In this document: positions 49,752 through 59,635 of the stretch, piece after piece
How positions within the stretch are numbered: the first letter of the stretch is position 1
How the letters are laid out: each line of letters opens with the position of its first letter
Virus record (IMG/VR): IMGVR_UViG_3300029305_011823
Length of the DNA stretch: 64,000 nucleotides
Strand: one strand, 5' to 3'
Source of the DNA: a virus
Lineage: Duplodnaviria > Caudoviricetes
Notes under the pieces: generated by a model
Told to the model about the DNA's origin: nothing
The model's input: the letters and a program-made list of their open reading frames with translations, nothing else
The model's database searches: none
Made by a program: the position numbers and the translations under genes

Positions 49752-50123
49752 ATGATGCCGATAGATAGTTTTATAAATCAGCTAATTCAACTAGGATTAG
49801 CTGACTCTTTTTTAGACGTTATCGATAAGCATTATTTAAAGATAACGAAAATATATAATATAATATTAGAGATAGATGAAAATAATATAAATAATATAGA
49901 TTTAATACAAGACGAATGTAATGATTCATTAACGGTTATAATAGATTTGATTGAGCCTGTTGGAGACTTGATTAATAATAGTGATAGTGAGATTTCAGTA
50001 CAAATCAATAATGCCGAAAATCGTATTGAAATATCGGTCACTAATAATTATGAAAGTGAGGAAGAGATTTATGAAAATAGATTTGATGGACGTAGAACGC
50101 CTTATACGCACAAATGGTCTTGA
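49752..50123 (+). CDS. Acidic hypothetical protein
   Basis: 123-aa ORF overlapping the start of the RNAP gene. Confidence 0.6.
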   Translation: MMPIDSFINQLIQLGLADSFLDVIDKHYLKITKIYNIILEIDENNINNIDLIQDECNDSLTVIIDLIEPVGDLINNSDSEISVQINNAENRIEISVTNNYESEEEIYENRFDGRRTPYTHKWS

Positions 50124-51468
50124 AGGCAAAGAAGTTACGAATCCTATTCTATTCGAAGCTGGAAATGTACCAACACCAGATGGTATGCTTTCATTGGAAA
50201 TATTTGGGATGACTTCAAAAGAAAGAAGAGAAAATTATGCGTACATAAGTTTACACGATTATTTTATACATCCATACATATATAAAATATTACTAAGACT
50301 AGATAGAAAAATAGAAGCTGTTGTTAAAGGAACTAGAAATTTTATAATAACAGAAGATGGTCAAATTGTAGAAAACGAAAATGGAAGTAATGGATGTGCA
50401 TGGTTATATAAAAACTGGGAAAAAATAAAGTTTAAAAGAAATGATTCAAACGTAAGGAATGAAAGGATTAATCTTATAGAAGCGTACGGAAAAAATGTTT
50501 TATTTGTAAAAAGGTGGATAGTAATTCCAGCATTTTACCGTGATGTTAACTTCCAAAATGTTGATAGTGGTAAAGTTTCTCATAATGAATTAACTGATTT
50601 ATATTGTAAGTTATTAAGATTTGCAAATATGGTAGCCGCTACTAGCGAATTCTCTTTTATGACTAGTGCAAATAAAGGGAAAGTTCAAGATACACTAGTA
50701 GAGATATACGACTACTTTAAACATAAATTAGAAAAGAAAAATGGGTTAATAAGAAAATCATTATTAGGTAAAACTATAGATTATGGTGTTCGTGCAGTTA
50801 TAGCAGCACCTGAATTTAGACAAAATAGATATGATGATAATATAGTTAGTTTTACACATTGTGCAGTTCCTGTATCAATGATATGTACATTATTCTTCCC
50901 ATTCATGTTACATGAATTAAGAAATTTCTTTAATGAACAGTATGAAATGTTAGGATATAAAATAGAAGACTTGTCGGAATATAATAAGAAACTTTCAGGT
51001 ACTGCTGACTTATTAGATTTCAATTTCTATTACAGTGATGACTATTTTAAAAAGATGATGGATAACTTTACTAGAACATATGATGATAGATTTAAGAAAA
51101 TAGAAATACCATTAAGACAGGAACAACCATATCCAATATATTATAAAATAAAATTACAAAGAGAAGATGGTACTGAAATAATTAGAGATATGACTATAAC
51201 AGATGTATTGTTTATAGCTGCTAATAGAGCTGCAGCAGATAAACATGTATTCCTTACAAGATATCCTATAACAAACCATTTAGGTTCATTTGCTTCAAAA
51301 ATAAATATATCTTCAACTACTCAAACAGAAAGATTGATATATAACGGTGTATTATTCAAACACTATCCTAAAGTTGATTTTTCAATGAGTAATGTTGAAA
51401 TATCTACATATTTCTACGATGTTTTAAAACTTTCAAATGTTTTACTTAAACAGTTAGGTGGAGACTAT
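50071..51468 (+). CDS. rpoC: Phage multisubunit RNA polymerase beta' N-terminal subunit, exon 1
   Basis: DGMLSLEIFG, VIPAFYRD, KNGLIRKSLLGKTIDYGVRAVI, LTRYP; ends in LGGDY. Confidence 0.92.
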
Positions 51469-52354
51469 AAAATGGTCACGTTGTAGTCTTTAAACTACTT
51501 AAATTGTTCGGGAACACCCTTAGAGCTTAAACTACTAAACTATAATAGTGATATTATAGTGGCTAGGAATAATTACCCTAGGTATAGTAAAAAGGTTTAA
51601 GATTGGGCAATCCGCAGCCAAGTTACCAATCGTGAAAGGTGATGATGTATATGGAAGAAAAACTTATAATATTAGGTGATATTAAACCTATGTATACAAT
51701 ATCTACTGATGGAAAAGTTAAAAATATAAAAACAGGAAAATATTTAAAATATGGTGTCACTACAGCAGGTTATTACACTGTAGGTTTACAGCATAATGAT
51801 AATAGCAGACATATCTATTATATACATAAATTAGTCGCAGAAATGATTCTAGAAAAACATGATTACGATGAACAAATAAACCATAAAGATAAAGATCGAT
51901 CAAATAATAATATTAATAATCTTGAATGGTGTACACAATTAGAAAATTTAGAACATCAATTTTCATGTACTAATGAAACTAAAAAAGCAGAAATAACAAA
52001 ACATTGGGGTAAAATTTCTCCAGGATCTGAAAATGGTATGTCGAAAATAAATGATGAACAATGTCATTTTATCTGTAAATTATTAAGTCAAGGGTATACT
52101 AGACCTGAAGTTATTAGAATGTGTGATTTTCCTGTAAGCTATACCATAGTTAGATTTATTCATGAAAGAAAACGATGGAAACATATTTCAAAAAATTATG
52201 ATTGGTAAAAGGTTCAGAGACTAGGCTTTAGCCGTACTAATTCAAGCGAATTGGGAAAAAGGTAGATAGGTTTTTGAATAACCTATATGATATAGTCCTT
52301 GGTGGGGAAACTCACTGGTAGAGTAGCGTCTACAAAATCGTATAGATATTAATG
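51469..52354 (+). mobile_element. Group I intron splitting the RNAP catalytic motif
   Basis: P1 GACUAU/GUAGUC with U.G; AAUUGUUCGGGAA (P), AAUCCGCAGCCAAG (Q), GUUCAGAGACUA (R), AUGAUAUAGUCC (S); terminal G; P10 GGUCAC/GUGACC. Confidence 0.92.
51651..52208 (+). CDS. Intron-encoded HNH homing endonuclease
   Basis: YTISTDGKV, HKLVAE...INHKDKDRSNNNINNLEW, C-terminal HTH (GSENGMSK...RWKHI). Confidence 0.92.
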   Translation: MEEKLIILGDIKPMYTISTDGKVKNIKTGKYLKYGVTTAGYYTVGLQHNDNSRHIYYIHKLVAEMILEKHDYDEQINHKDKDRSNNNINNLEWCTQLENLEHQFSCTNETKKAEITKHWGKISPGSENGMSKINDEQCHFICKLLSQGYTRPEVIRMCDFPVSYTIVRFIHERKRWKHISKNYDW

Positions 52355-52573
52355 GACGGTGACCAGATGTCTATAAAAGGAATATTCTCACAAGAAGCAA
52401 ATGCTGAATGTGATAAGATAGTTAGAAGTAAAGCTAACATACTTGATATAAATGCTTCAAATGTAAGAAAAACTGAAAATGAAGCTATACAAACTTTATA
52501 TACATTAACTAAAAGAACTTCCGTTGGTAGGGAAGAAGGAGATATATGGACTGACCCTACACAATATGATTAA
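52355..52573 (+). CDS. rpoC: RNAP beta' N-terminal subunit, exon 2
   Basis: DGDQM completes the catalytic GGDY|DGD motif; spliced product about 538 aa. Confidence 0.9.
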   Translation, partial: DGDQMSIKGIFSQEANAECDKIVRSKANILDINASNVRKTENEAIQTLYTLTKRTSVGREEGDIWTDPTQYD

Positions 52574-52575
52574 AA

Positions 52576-52609
52576 AATTAGATATACTCTTAATGAGTAT
52601 ATCTAATTT
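52576..52609. terminator. Bidirectional terminator
   Basis: AAATTAGATATACTC/GAGTATATCTAATTT. Confidence 0.8.
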
Positions 52610-52764
52610 ATTTTTTCTTCACAATCGGTAACAATAACCTTTTTATCACCTTCAATAACGTCATCGGACCATTCTATAGGTTCAACGTCTTCTAATGATT
52701 CTTCGGTTGATATCACTACACGATTCTTATTTTTTAATATTTCTTTTAAACTATGTTTTCCCAT
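52603..52764 (-). CDS. Small hypothetical protein (53 aa)
   Basis: Below the cutoff: MGKHSLKEILKNKNRVVISTEESLEDVEPIEWSDD...; RBS AGGATG. Confidence 0.6.
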   Translation of the reverse strand: MGKHSLKEILKNKNRVVISTEESLEDVEPIEWSDDVIEGDKKVIVTDCEEKIN

Positions 52765-52775
52765 TTAAACACATC

Positions 52776-53210
52776 CTATTCAGGATCTTCTAGTTGGTCG
52801 ATAAATAAATCAACTTGTTCTTCTTTAACCTCTTCCACCTTAGGTTCTTCTTTTTTAGGTGGTTCTTCTTTTTTAGGTCTAGGTTTTATTACGGGAAGTG
52901 GTTTATTTTCAGGTACTAATCTAATATTTCCACCACCCATTCTAGATCTTCTAGTTTCTTCTTGAGCTTTTTTAAGTTCAGCTCTTTCTTGAGTTTGTCT
53001 TTCAATCTTTTTATCAAGCTCTTCCATTAATCTAGCATCGTTATGTTTTAATTTTCTATAAGTTCCATCAGGCATAACTTCTCTTACATCTAATCCCGCT
53101 GCTAACCATCTTAATACAAGATGTATATCATATTCAGCAGGTGATAATATAGGACCTTTAACACCATATCCTGGAATTATTCTGTTATGATTTAATATTA
53201 CAAATTTCAT
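52776..53210 (-). CDS. Hypothetical protein
   Basis: 144 aa, KEEPKVEEV low-complexity tail. Confidence 0.7.
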   Translation of the reverse strand: MKFVILNHNRIIPGYGVKGPILSPAEYDIHLVLRWLAAGLDVREVMPDGTYRKLKHNDARLMEELDKKIERQTQERAELKKAQEETRRSRMGGGNIRLVPENKPLPVIKPRPKKEEPPKKEEPKVEEVKEEQVDLFIDQLEDPE

Positions 53211-53662
53211 TATTTATCACCACCTTGATTTTGTTTGTTGTTATTATGTCTTTGCTTTTTATTTTCATATTGTTTATTTTCTTCTTTTTTAGGTTGTTGT
53301 TTTGGTTGTTCTTCTACAACCTCTTCCACCTTCGGTTCTTCTACAACTTTTTCTACTTTAGGTTCTTCTTTTACAACAGGATTAGGTTGTTCAACTTTCT
53401 TAGGAACAACGACTTCTTCTATTAAGTAATTTTTTCGTTGTAATAATTCATGGAATTGACCTACATGAAGTTTAATATACTTTTTACCATTCCATATTTG
53501 AATATTACCATTTCTAGCTAATATATGAAGAACTTCTTCTGGTTCTAAGTATAATTCTTGTTTACCTTTATTAAATACTTTATTTTTATATTGTATTGGT
53601 AATCTTAAATCCATTAGTACCCTTGCACTTAATATATTATTTTTTCTGAATAATACTATCAT
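53210..53662 (-). CDS. Hypothetical protein
   Basis: 150 aa, EEPKVE repeats, RBS GGAGG. Confidence 0.7.
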   Translation of the reverse strand: MIVLFRKNNILSARVLMDLRLPIQYKNKVFNKGKQELYLEPEEVLHILARNGNIQIWNGKKYIKLHVGQFHELLQRKNYLIEEVVVPKKVEQPNPVVKEEPKVEKVVEEPKVEEVVEEQPKQQPKKEENKQYENKKQRHNNNKQNQGGDK

Positions 53663-53684
53663 ATTATTACCTCCAATTTATAAT

Positions 53685-53927
53685 TTATATTTCTTCAGGT
53701 ATATAACTTTCAGCTATTCTATCTAGTTTTTTATTCATCTCAGCTTCTTCATCATAAGCAGGTATTTTTTCTAATACCCTAACTATTTCATCTTCAGCCA
53801 TTTCTATTTCTCCATCATCTTCTATAAACATATCTGCTATTGAATCGTTTACAGCTTCAAGCATTAAGTCTACTTGTAAATCACTTTCTGCTTCAGCATT
53901 TATCATCTTTTTAAGATTATTAAGCAT
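53685..53927 (-). CDS. Small acidic putative prohead protein
   Basis: MLEA/IAES motifs; late promoter at 53965-53976. Confidence 0.6.
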   Translation of the reverse strand: MLNNLKKMINAEAESDLQVDLMLEAVNDSIADMFIEDDGEIEMAEDEIVRVLEKIPAYDEEAEMNKKLDRIAESYIPEEI

Positions 53928-53959
53928 TAATATTCACTCCTTTATATTTTATAATTACA

Positions 53960-55186
53960 TTAATTAAATGATTGTTTTTTAACAAATAATTTATAATAGC
54001 CTTTCATAGTGTACAACAGTAGAGGAACTTTAAGCATATTCGTCCAAGTTGGTTGGAAGTATGTGAACTCTTCCAATTCATCAAAGTCTATATTATAAAT
54101 TGTATCTATTTGATCATTCATGTATTTAACTAACATTCTATCTGCTTCATCATACTCAAAATCAGTTTCTACAGTTTTATCAGGTATACTACCTTCAACC
54201 ATACAATCTATTATCTGATGAGGGAAGTATTCAGCTTTACCATCTCTGTATCTCACAGAATATACCTTAGCTGAATAATATCTAAATACCGAATATATAT
54301 TTTTAACTTCTTGTATTTTAAAATTATTATAAGGATATCTTTTTATTTTCTTTCTAGATTCAAATGTTCTAAATAATGAATTATCATATTCTAAAGGGAA
54401 ACAACATGTTTCATCTTCATTATTTAAATAAATAGCTCTGTGTGTTTCTTTATCATAAAATAATCCATGTTTCTGTATAAAAGCATTAAGATATCTATCA
54501 TATATACCCATATTATCATCAGCATCGTAATACATAATTACATTATACTTTTTATTATAAAAGAATGTCATATATCGTTTACATATATCTTCATATAGGT
54601 ATTGCATTCTTTGAAGTAATTCATAAACTCCATCTTCTATAATACATCTATCTTCTGTACCTATATTTCCAACGACACATGTATATTTCTCAGTAACTTG
54701 TTCTAAAATCTTTATAGAATCTTCTGGTGTAACATATTTAACAGTGAACGATAATTTATAGAAATTATTAGATTTTATTGTATCATAGTTAACGCCAGTT
54801 ATTCTAAATAAGAAATCAAAACCTTTGTGTTCTAGTATAAAGAAATCATCTGGATAAGGTGTTATTGTATCTGGAAGAACAATAAGTTCACCATCATACG
54901 AACTAGTTAAACCTTCTTCAGCATCATCAACATCTAATTGTATAGCATCTAAACCATAAATAGGTAGATTCTTAACTTCAGAGAATCTTAGAGGAGATTG
55001 AGGACCTAATATTTTATCAACATTAGCAAAACCTAAATCAACTGTAGATTCTATTGTATTTATGTTATAATAAGTAACATAAGTGGGTGTTGTTTCTAAG
55101 AATCTTGTAAACGCACTATTAAGTTTATCTTCATACTTGAATATGTTATTATTAACGAGAAGTTTTTCATCAAATTTAAATCCCAT
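53960..55186 (-). CDS. Putative virion structural (neck-like) protein
   Basis: LPDTITPYPDDFF...LFRITGV beta-barrel pattern; late promoter at 55216-55227. Confidence 0.55.
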   Translation of the reverse strand: MGFKFDEKLLVNNNIFKYEDKLNSAFTRFLETTPTYVTYYNINTIESTVDLGFANVDKILGPQSPLRFSEVKNLPIYGLDAIQLDVDDAEEGLTSSYDGELIVLPDTITPYPDDFFILEHKGFDFLFRITGVNYDTIKSNNFYKLSFTVKYVTPEDSIKILEQVTEKYTCVVGNIGTEDRCIIEDGVYELLQRMQYLYEDICKRYMTFFYNKKYNVIMYYDADDNMGIYDRYLNAFIQKHGLFYDKETHRAIYLNNEDETCCFPLEYDNSLFRTFESRKKIKRYPYNNFKIQEVKNIYSVFRYYSAKVYSVRYRDGKAEYFPHQIIDCMVEGSIPDKTVETDFEYDEADRMLVKYMNDQIDTIYNIDFDELEEFTYFQPTWTNMLKVPLLLYTMKGYYKLFVKKQSFN

Positions 55187-55260
55187 TGAAATTACTCCTT
55201 TCTTAGTTATTCTCTTAGTGAATTGTTTTGGATAAAAAAATAACGGGTCTACAATTAATT

Positions 55261-55335
55261 AAATATATACATCTCTCTCGGAATCAACTTATTTAATCAT
55301 GATATAGATAGAATAAACTATCTATATCATGATCT
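55261..55335 (+). ncRNA. Candidate small RNA 2
   Basis: TACA-ATTAAT-TA at 55250-55261, CU-rich ORF-less stretch, long hairpin at 55297-55333. Confidence 0.3.
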
Positions 55336-56338
55336 CTTTAAGTTTTATTTCATCTTTCTTAACTCCATAATCTTTTCCTATTTCATTATAGAATAACCTA
55401 ATATTATTTACAAATGGACTTAATACATTAATCATATTTTTATAATAATCGGGTGGTCTATCAGCATCTGAAAATATATTCACATTAACATCACAGAGTA
55501 ATCCCTGTTCTAGAATATATTTTATTACATTAAGATATCCCGAACCGTTTATAGCCGCATATACCATATTATAATCATATCGACCCATCAAATGATAATA
55601 TACTCCTAATATATCAAATACACCCTCTGCTATATTTATAGTTTTAATATCATTATTAAAAGGATCTATTTTATTAGGCATTATATAAAATTTACCTGTT
55701 GTATCTAAATCTCTTTTTATTTTATAAATATAATATCTCTGATGATTTCCCGTCATATCTCTAAAGTTTATAAAATCATTTCTTGCAGATAAGAAGCCAA
55801 CATGATCAGTTTGCAATGCTTTAAGATGGTCAGCACTTCCATATAATTTATCTATATGATTATATTTTAATAATCCTAGAAAATCATAAACTATTTTCTT
55901 TTTATGAAGTTCCTCAACATCAACATTTATTCCCAATCTATTTTCAATGTATTTATGTTTTTGTATAACTGAATCAGTTATCTTTAATTCAGGAAATCTA
56001 ATATTCAATCCTTTCTTACTAAATGTTAATCCATGTTTCTTACAAGATAATCTATTGTATCTCTCAATGTTTACAGAATTTGAATTTGAATAAATACCTA
56101 TCATTGTTAATGTAGTTCCATTAAATATACCTGTTGAATTACATCTAAGACAACGGAATACTAATGGATGGTCGTCATCAGGATTTATTCTGATTGAAAG
56201 ATGTGCTGAATTAGCATTCTTAACAGAATCGCCACAAAATGGACATCTGACATTAAGTTCATAATTTTTATAATAAGAAGGTTTTATATTTAACAGTATT
56301 TCATTAATTAATTCTTTTTTAAATTCTTTATTATCCAT
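55322..56338 (-). CDS. DNA primase
   Basis: RCPFCGDS..H..CLRC Zn domain; TOPRIM IAEGVFD, FSDAD, KDYG; late promoter at 56354-56365. Confidence 0.88.
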   Translation of the reverse strand: MDNKEFKKELINEILLNIKPSYYKNYELNVRCPFCGDSVKNANSAHLSIRINPDDDHPLVFRCLRCNSTGIFNGTTLTMIGIYSNSNSVNIERYNRLSCKKHGLTFSKKGLNIRFPELKITDSVIQKHKYIENRLGINVDVEELHKKKIVYDFLGLLKYNHIDKLYGSADHLKALQTDHVGFLSARNDFINFRDMTGNHQRYYIYKIKRDLDTTGKFYIMPNKIDPFNNDIKTINIAEGVFDILGVYYHLMGRYDYNMVYAAINGSGYLNVIKYILEQGLLCDVNVNIFSDADRPPDYYKNMINVLSPFVNNIRLFYNEIGKDYGVKKDEIKLKEIMI

Positions 56339-56387
56339 ATAAATCACCTCTTTTAGTTGTTTGTTTTGTTTTAAATAAAATATAATA

Positions 56388-56413
56388 AAGATATAGGACA
56401 TTTGTCCTATATC
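56388..56413. terminator. Terminator hairpin (AGATATAGG family)
   Basis: AGATATAGGACA-tt-TGTCCTATATCT. Confidence 0.8.
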
Positions 56414-56422
56414 TATTTATTT

Positions 56423-58007
56423 TTATTCATCTATACTTTCAGTATAATAAGTGCCTTCAGGATAAACTACTATTTTTGAGATGTAAACTTTACCATCAGC
56501 TGTGTTTGATTCGTCACCTCTTTCAATTATAAACAACAGACTACCCATATCAGCTGACGATTTTCTTAATTCTGCCATATTTACAGTATATACTGTAGGT
56601 ACTTTTTTAGTGTTAACATAGAAACCAGTGTGTTCCATAATATTAACTGGATAAACTGTAGTTCCATAACCATATTGACCAGAAGGTGAATTTGTTGATC
56701 CTCCTGCTCTACATACTTGAATATATGGTACTTGATTGTTATTTTCCGTATATACAGTCAATTCAACAGCATCGTAATTGTTAAAGTTAACATACTGATC
56801 ATCAGTGTCTCCAAAAGAGAAAAATGCTGTAGTATATATTGTATTTAATTCGTAAACTAAAGCCCCATTATCATCTATAAGATCACGGATAGCAGGAGTT
56901 GCACACAATGATCCAAATTCAGTATCATTGAAATACTCACCATCGCTTAATAATACTATGCCACCTGTTGGTTCAACAACATTTACTGTAACAGTCTTAA
57001 TAATTCCATTACATATTATTTCTAACTCAGTTGTACCAACTTCCTTACCTACGATAGTATGCTCACCTTCTATAGCTATTATTGCAGAATATTTATATTG
57101 AACATTATACCCTTCTTGTAAGTTATATAATTTAGTAGCATCATACGTTTCATTAACTTTTATAGTTATTTCATCAATAACTATTTCTATAGGATCATCA
57201 TTTTCTGATCCTTTAGGGTAAATTACTATATCTTGAATGTAAATTTCTCCAGATTCTGTACTATCTCCGCCATTCATATGAATCAACAGATATCCGTTTC
57301 TAGCATTTGACGTTCTATCACCCACCATATCATCTATATTGAATGTGTATTTCGTCATTGTTGTAGTTGTCATGACCATTTCTGTGGTAAGTTCTTCATA
57401 TTCATAACCGGCATTTGCCATATATCCATAAGTACCTGACGAAAGGGTTCTTGCTACAATTAGATTAGGACGTTGTGTGGATTTTTCTGTTCTTAATGTA
57501 ATTTCAATTCTATCATAGTGATTGAAATTTACGTATCCATCATAACTAAACCATGTATGAGAACCACCCATACCACTTTTTCCTAATGTAAAGTATAATG
57601 TACTATTGTTAGTTGTCCATTGTATTGGTAAACATGCTTTAGCAAATACTGTATTGTTTTGTGGTTCACCATCCTTAACTAAATACACTCCATCACCTGA
57701 AGGTACATCAGGATTTGGCACATCAGGAACTGAACCGCTTCCAGATAATAAAATATCAAATAAATCTTTCCAACTTGAATTCGCATCAACTTTATGTCCT
57801 TGAGCTACTAAGCTTGCAACTAACCCCTCTTTTAAATCATTAAGTTCATTATTATTTTCAGCTACATCATTTTCTATAGCTTGCAATTCCTTTTTAGTGG
57901 CAACATCATTCATTTTAGCATCTAAATCAGCTATTCCATTTTCTATGTTATTTAAAGCTTCTTTGGTTATAACTTCTTTAGAAACCCATTCTTTTTTTAT
58001 TGTACAT
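56423..58007 (-). CDS. Virion accessory protein (two CBM-like repeats plus an Ig-like domain); frameshifted in an A7 tract near the start
   Basis: Duplicated YVNFN(H/N)YD..E.T...G.(I/V)YI..IV(I/V)YP.G domains. The N-terminus MYNKK|EWVSKEVITKEALNNIENGI needs one A removed. Confidence 0.6.
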
Positions 58008-58088
58008 AGTACATAACCTCCTTTTATTATTTGTAGTATTACTGAATTGTTTTATTGGGAAAAAATATAGACATAGTTTTCACTATGC

Positions 58089-59591
58089 CTATATATTACC
58101 CATGAACATTAAGAATTCATCACTAACTAAATCTTCATCTATAGCTATCACTTTACCTTCTAAATCTTGATTATGATAATCTATAAATTCAAACTTAGTT
58201 TTTAATAATGTTGATAAGACATCTAATATAACTCTAGGTCCTTTTAGTTTTAATAGCTTAGCATATTTCTTTTCTACTAAGCGTTTATATCTATCAGACT
58301 GTTCTATCTTATCTACAAATTTAAGACTTCTCATTGCTTTGTTTGTATTCCTATCCATCATTTTTCCAACTATCATATGTTGTAAATACTTATATCCTTG
58401 TGATTGCATTTTATACTTCAACAGAATAACTAATCTTGCAAATTGTTCTGATGATAATGCTTCCATTTCACTAAATCCATTGAAATACTTAGCGAAATAT
58501 AATTTAATTAATTCTAATTGGAAATCTGTAGGTCTATAATTCTTTTTATAATACTTAATTTCTTCATCAGATATTTCAACTTTTAACATCTGTTGTAAAT
58601 TTGTTAATACAGTTTCTTTATTAACTGTACTTATAACTACATTTGATAAATCCTTTCTAAGCATAGACATTTCCATTTTATCTTGTTGAGATAATGAATC
58701 ATCACTATCTCTCTCATCAGATATCTCTGTTGGAAATAATTTATACTTCTCTTTTGTAAAGTTTCTAAAATCTCTAGAAACTGTTGATCTTATTAAAGCT
58801 ATATTATGAGAGTTTTCATTATAATCTAGCTTAGGTATTATATTACTTACAATGTTTTGTAATCTTGTTTCTGCAAATGATATCGGATCGAAATCCCCTA
58901 TCAATTCTCTTTGATGCCAGATTTGTGAATCTCTCTTTTCACTATCTTTAGTTTCTTTTAATATGAATGCGAATAACTTTTCTTTAAGATTTACTCCTTT
59001 ACCACAAATCTCAAATAATGGATCATAATACTTGTTGATAATAAACATTTTATTCGTATGCATGAATCTATGTGAATAATGCAATATTAAAGGTATTAAT
59101 AAATTTGTACACATTGACATTCTATATAAAATTGCATTATGTTCATCTGTAAATGAAGATTCTTTTCCATACTTAGCTGTTTTAACTTCGCATTCAATAC
59201 TTCTTGTATTATTCAACTCAACCAATGCATTTACTTGATCTAATATAGGTTTAGTTATTATTGTATCATATAATAATTTTATAAACGACTCCTCGCTTAG
59301 AGGTCCAGATCTTGTATCTAGAATGGTTTTAATTTTAAATAATGCAGTTACATATAATTTATCAGGGTCGTAATACTTAACAAAATAGTTCAAATGATTT
59401 GCTATTAAACCTGTTTGTTTTCTATACTTACTTTTAAACGTAAACATGCTTATCATATTATCTGGTAATGTGAAATGTAGCAATCTGTCAAATGCTACCA
59501 TCATTATACCATTATCAAATATGAATACTTTATCGTCTTCAGATTGATTGTTAACCCAATTCTCATATAAAACATTATTTTTATTAACCAT
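58089..59591 (-). CDS. nvRNAP promoter-specificity (sigma-like) subunit, AR9 gp226-like
   Basis: Colinear similarity to AR9 gp226 as recalled from memory (LSQQDKMEMSMLRKD, FTD..N..L...LLIPL, IIPKL, VDKI..SD.Y..L); early promoter; position near the chaperonin. Confidence 0.75.
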   Translation of the reverse strand: MVNKNNVLYENWVNNQSEDDKVFIFDNGIMMVAFDRLLHFTLPDNMISMFTFKSKYRKQTGLIANHLNYFVKYYDPDKLYVTALFKIKTILDTRSGPLSEESFIKLLYDTIITKPILDQVNALVELNNTRSIECEVKTAKYGKESSFTDEHNAILYRMSMCTNLLIPLILHYSHRFMHTNKMFIINKYYDPLFEICGKGVNLKEKLFAFILKETKDSEKRDSQIWHQRELIGDFDPISFAETRLQNIVSNIIPKLDYNENSHNIALIRSTVSRDFRNFTKEKYKLFPTEISDERDSDDSLSQQDKMEMSMLRKDLSNVVISTVNKETVLTNLQQMLKVEISDEEIKYYKKNYRPTDFQLELIKLYFAKYFNGFSEMEALSSEQFARLVILLKYKMQSQGYKYLQHMIVGKMMDRNTNKAMRSLKFVDKIEQSDRYKRLVEKKYAKLLKLKGPRVILDVLSTLLKTKFEFIDYHNQDLEGKVIAIDEDLVSDEFLMFMGNI

Positions 59592-59635
59592 TGACAGCAA
59601 CCACCCCTTAAATTTTATTTTTATTTCTTCACTTA

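Noticed and set aside
49981-50070. GTG-initiated N-terminal extension of the RNAP subunit
   Set aside because: ATG 50071 has an RBS and a plausible start; the extension overlaps ORF 49752
52352-52354. ATG 52352 as the start of an independent 73-aa gene
   Set aside because: Its G is the intron's terminal G; the downstream frame completes the RNAP catalytic motif as exon 2
59591-59596. TTGACA hexamers (59591, also about 37524) as host sigma-A promoters
   Set aside because: They point away from the adjacent minus-strand genes and lack a convincing spaced -10 box
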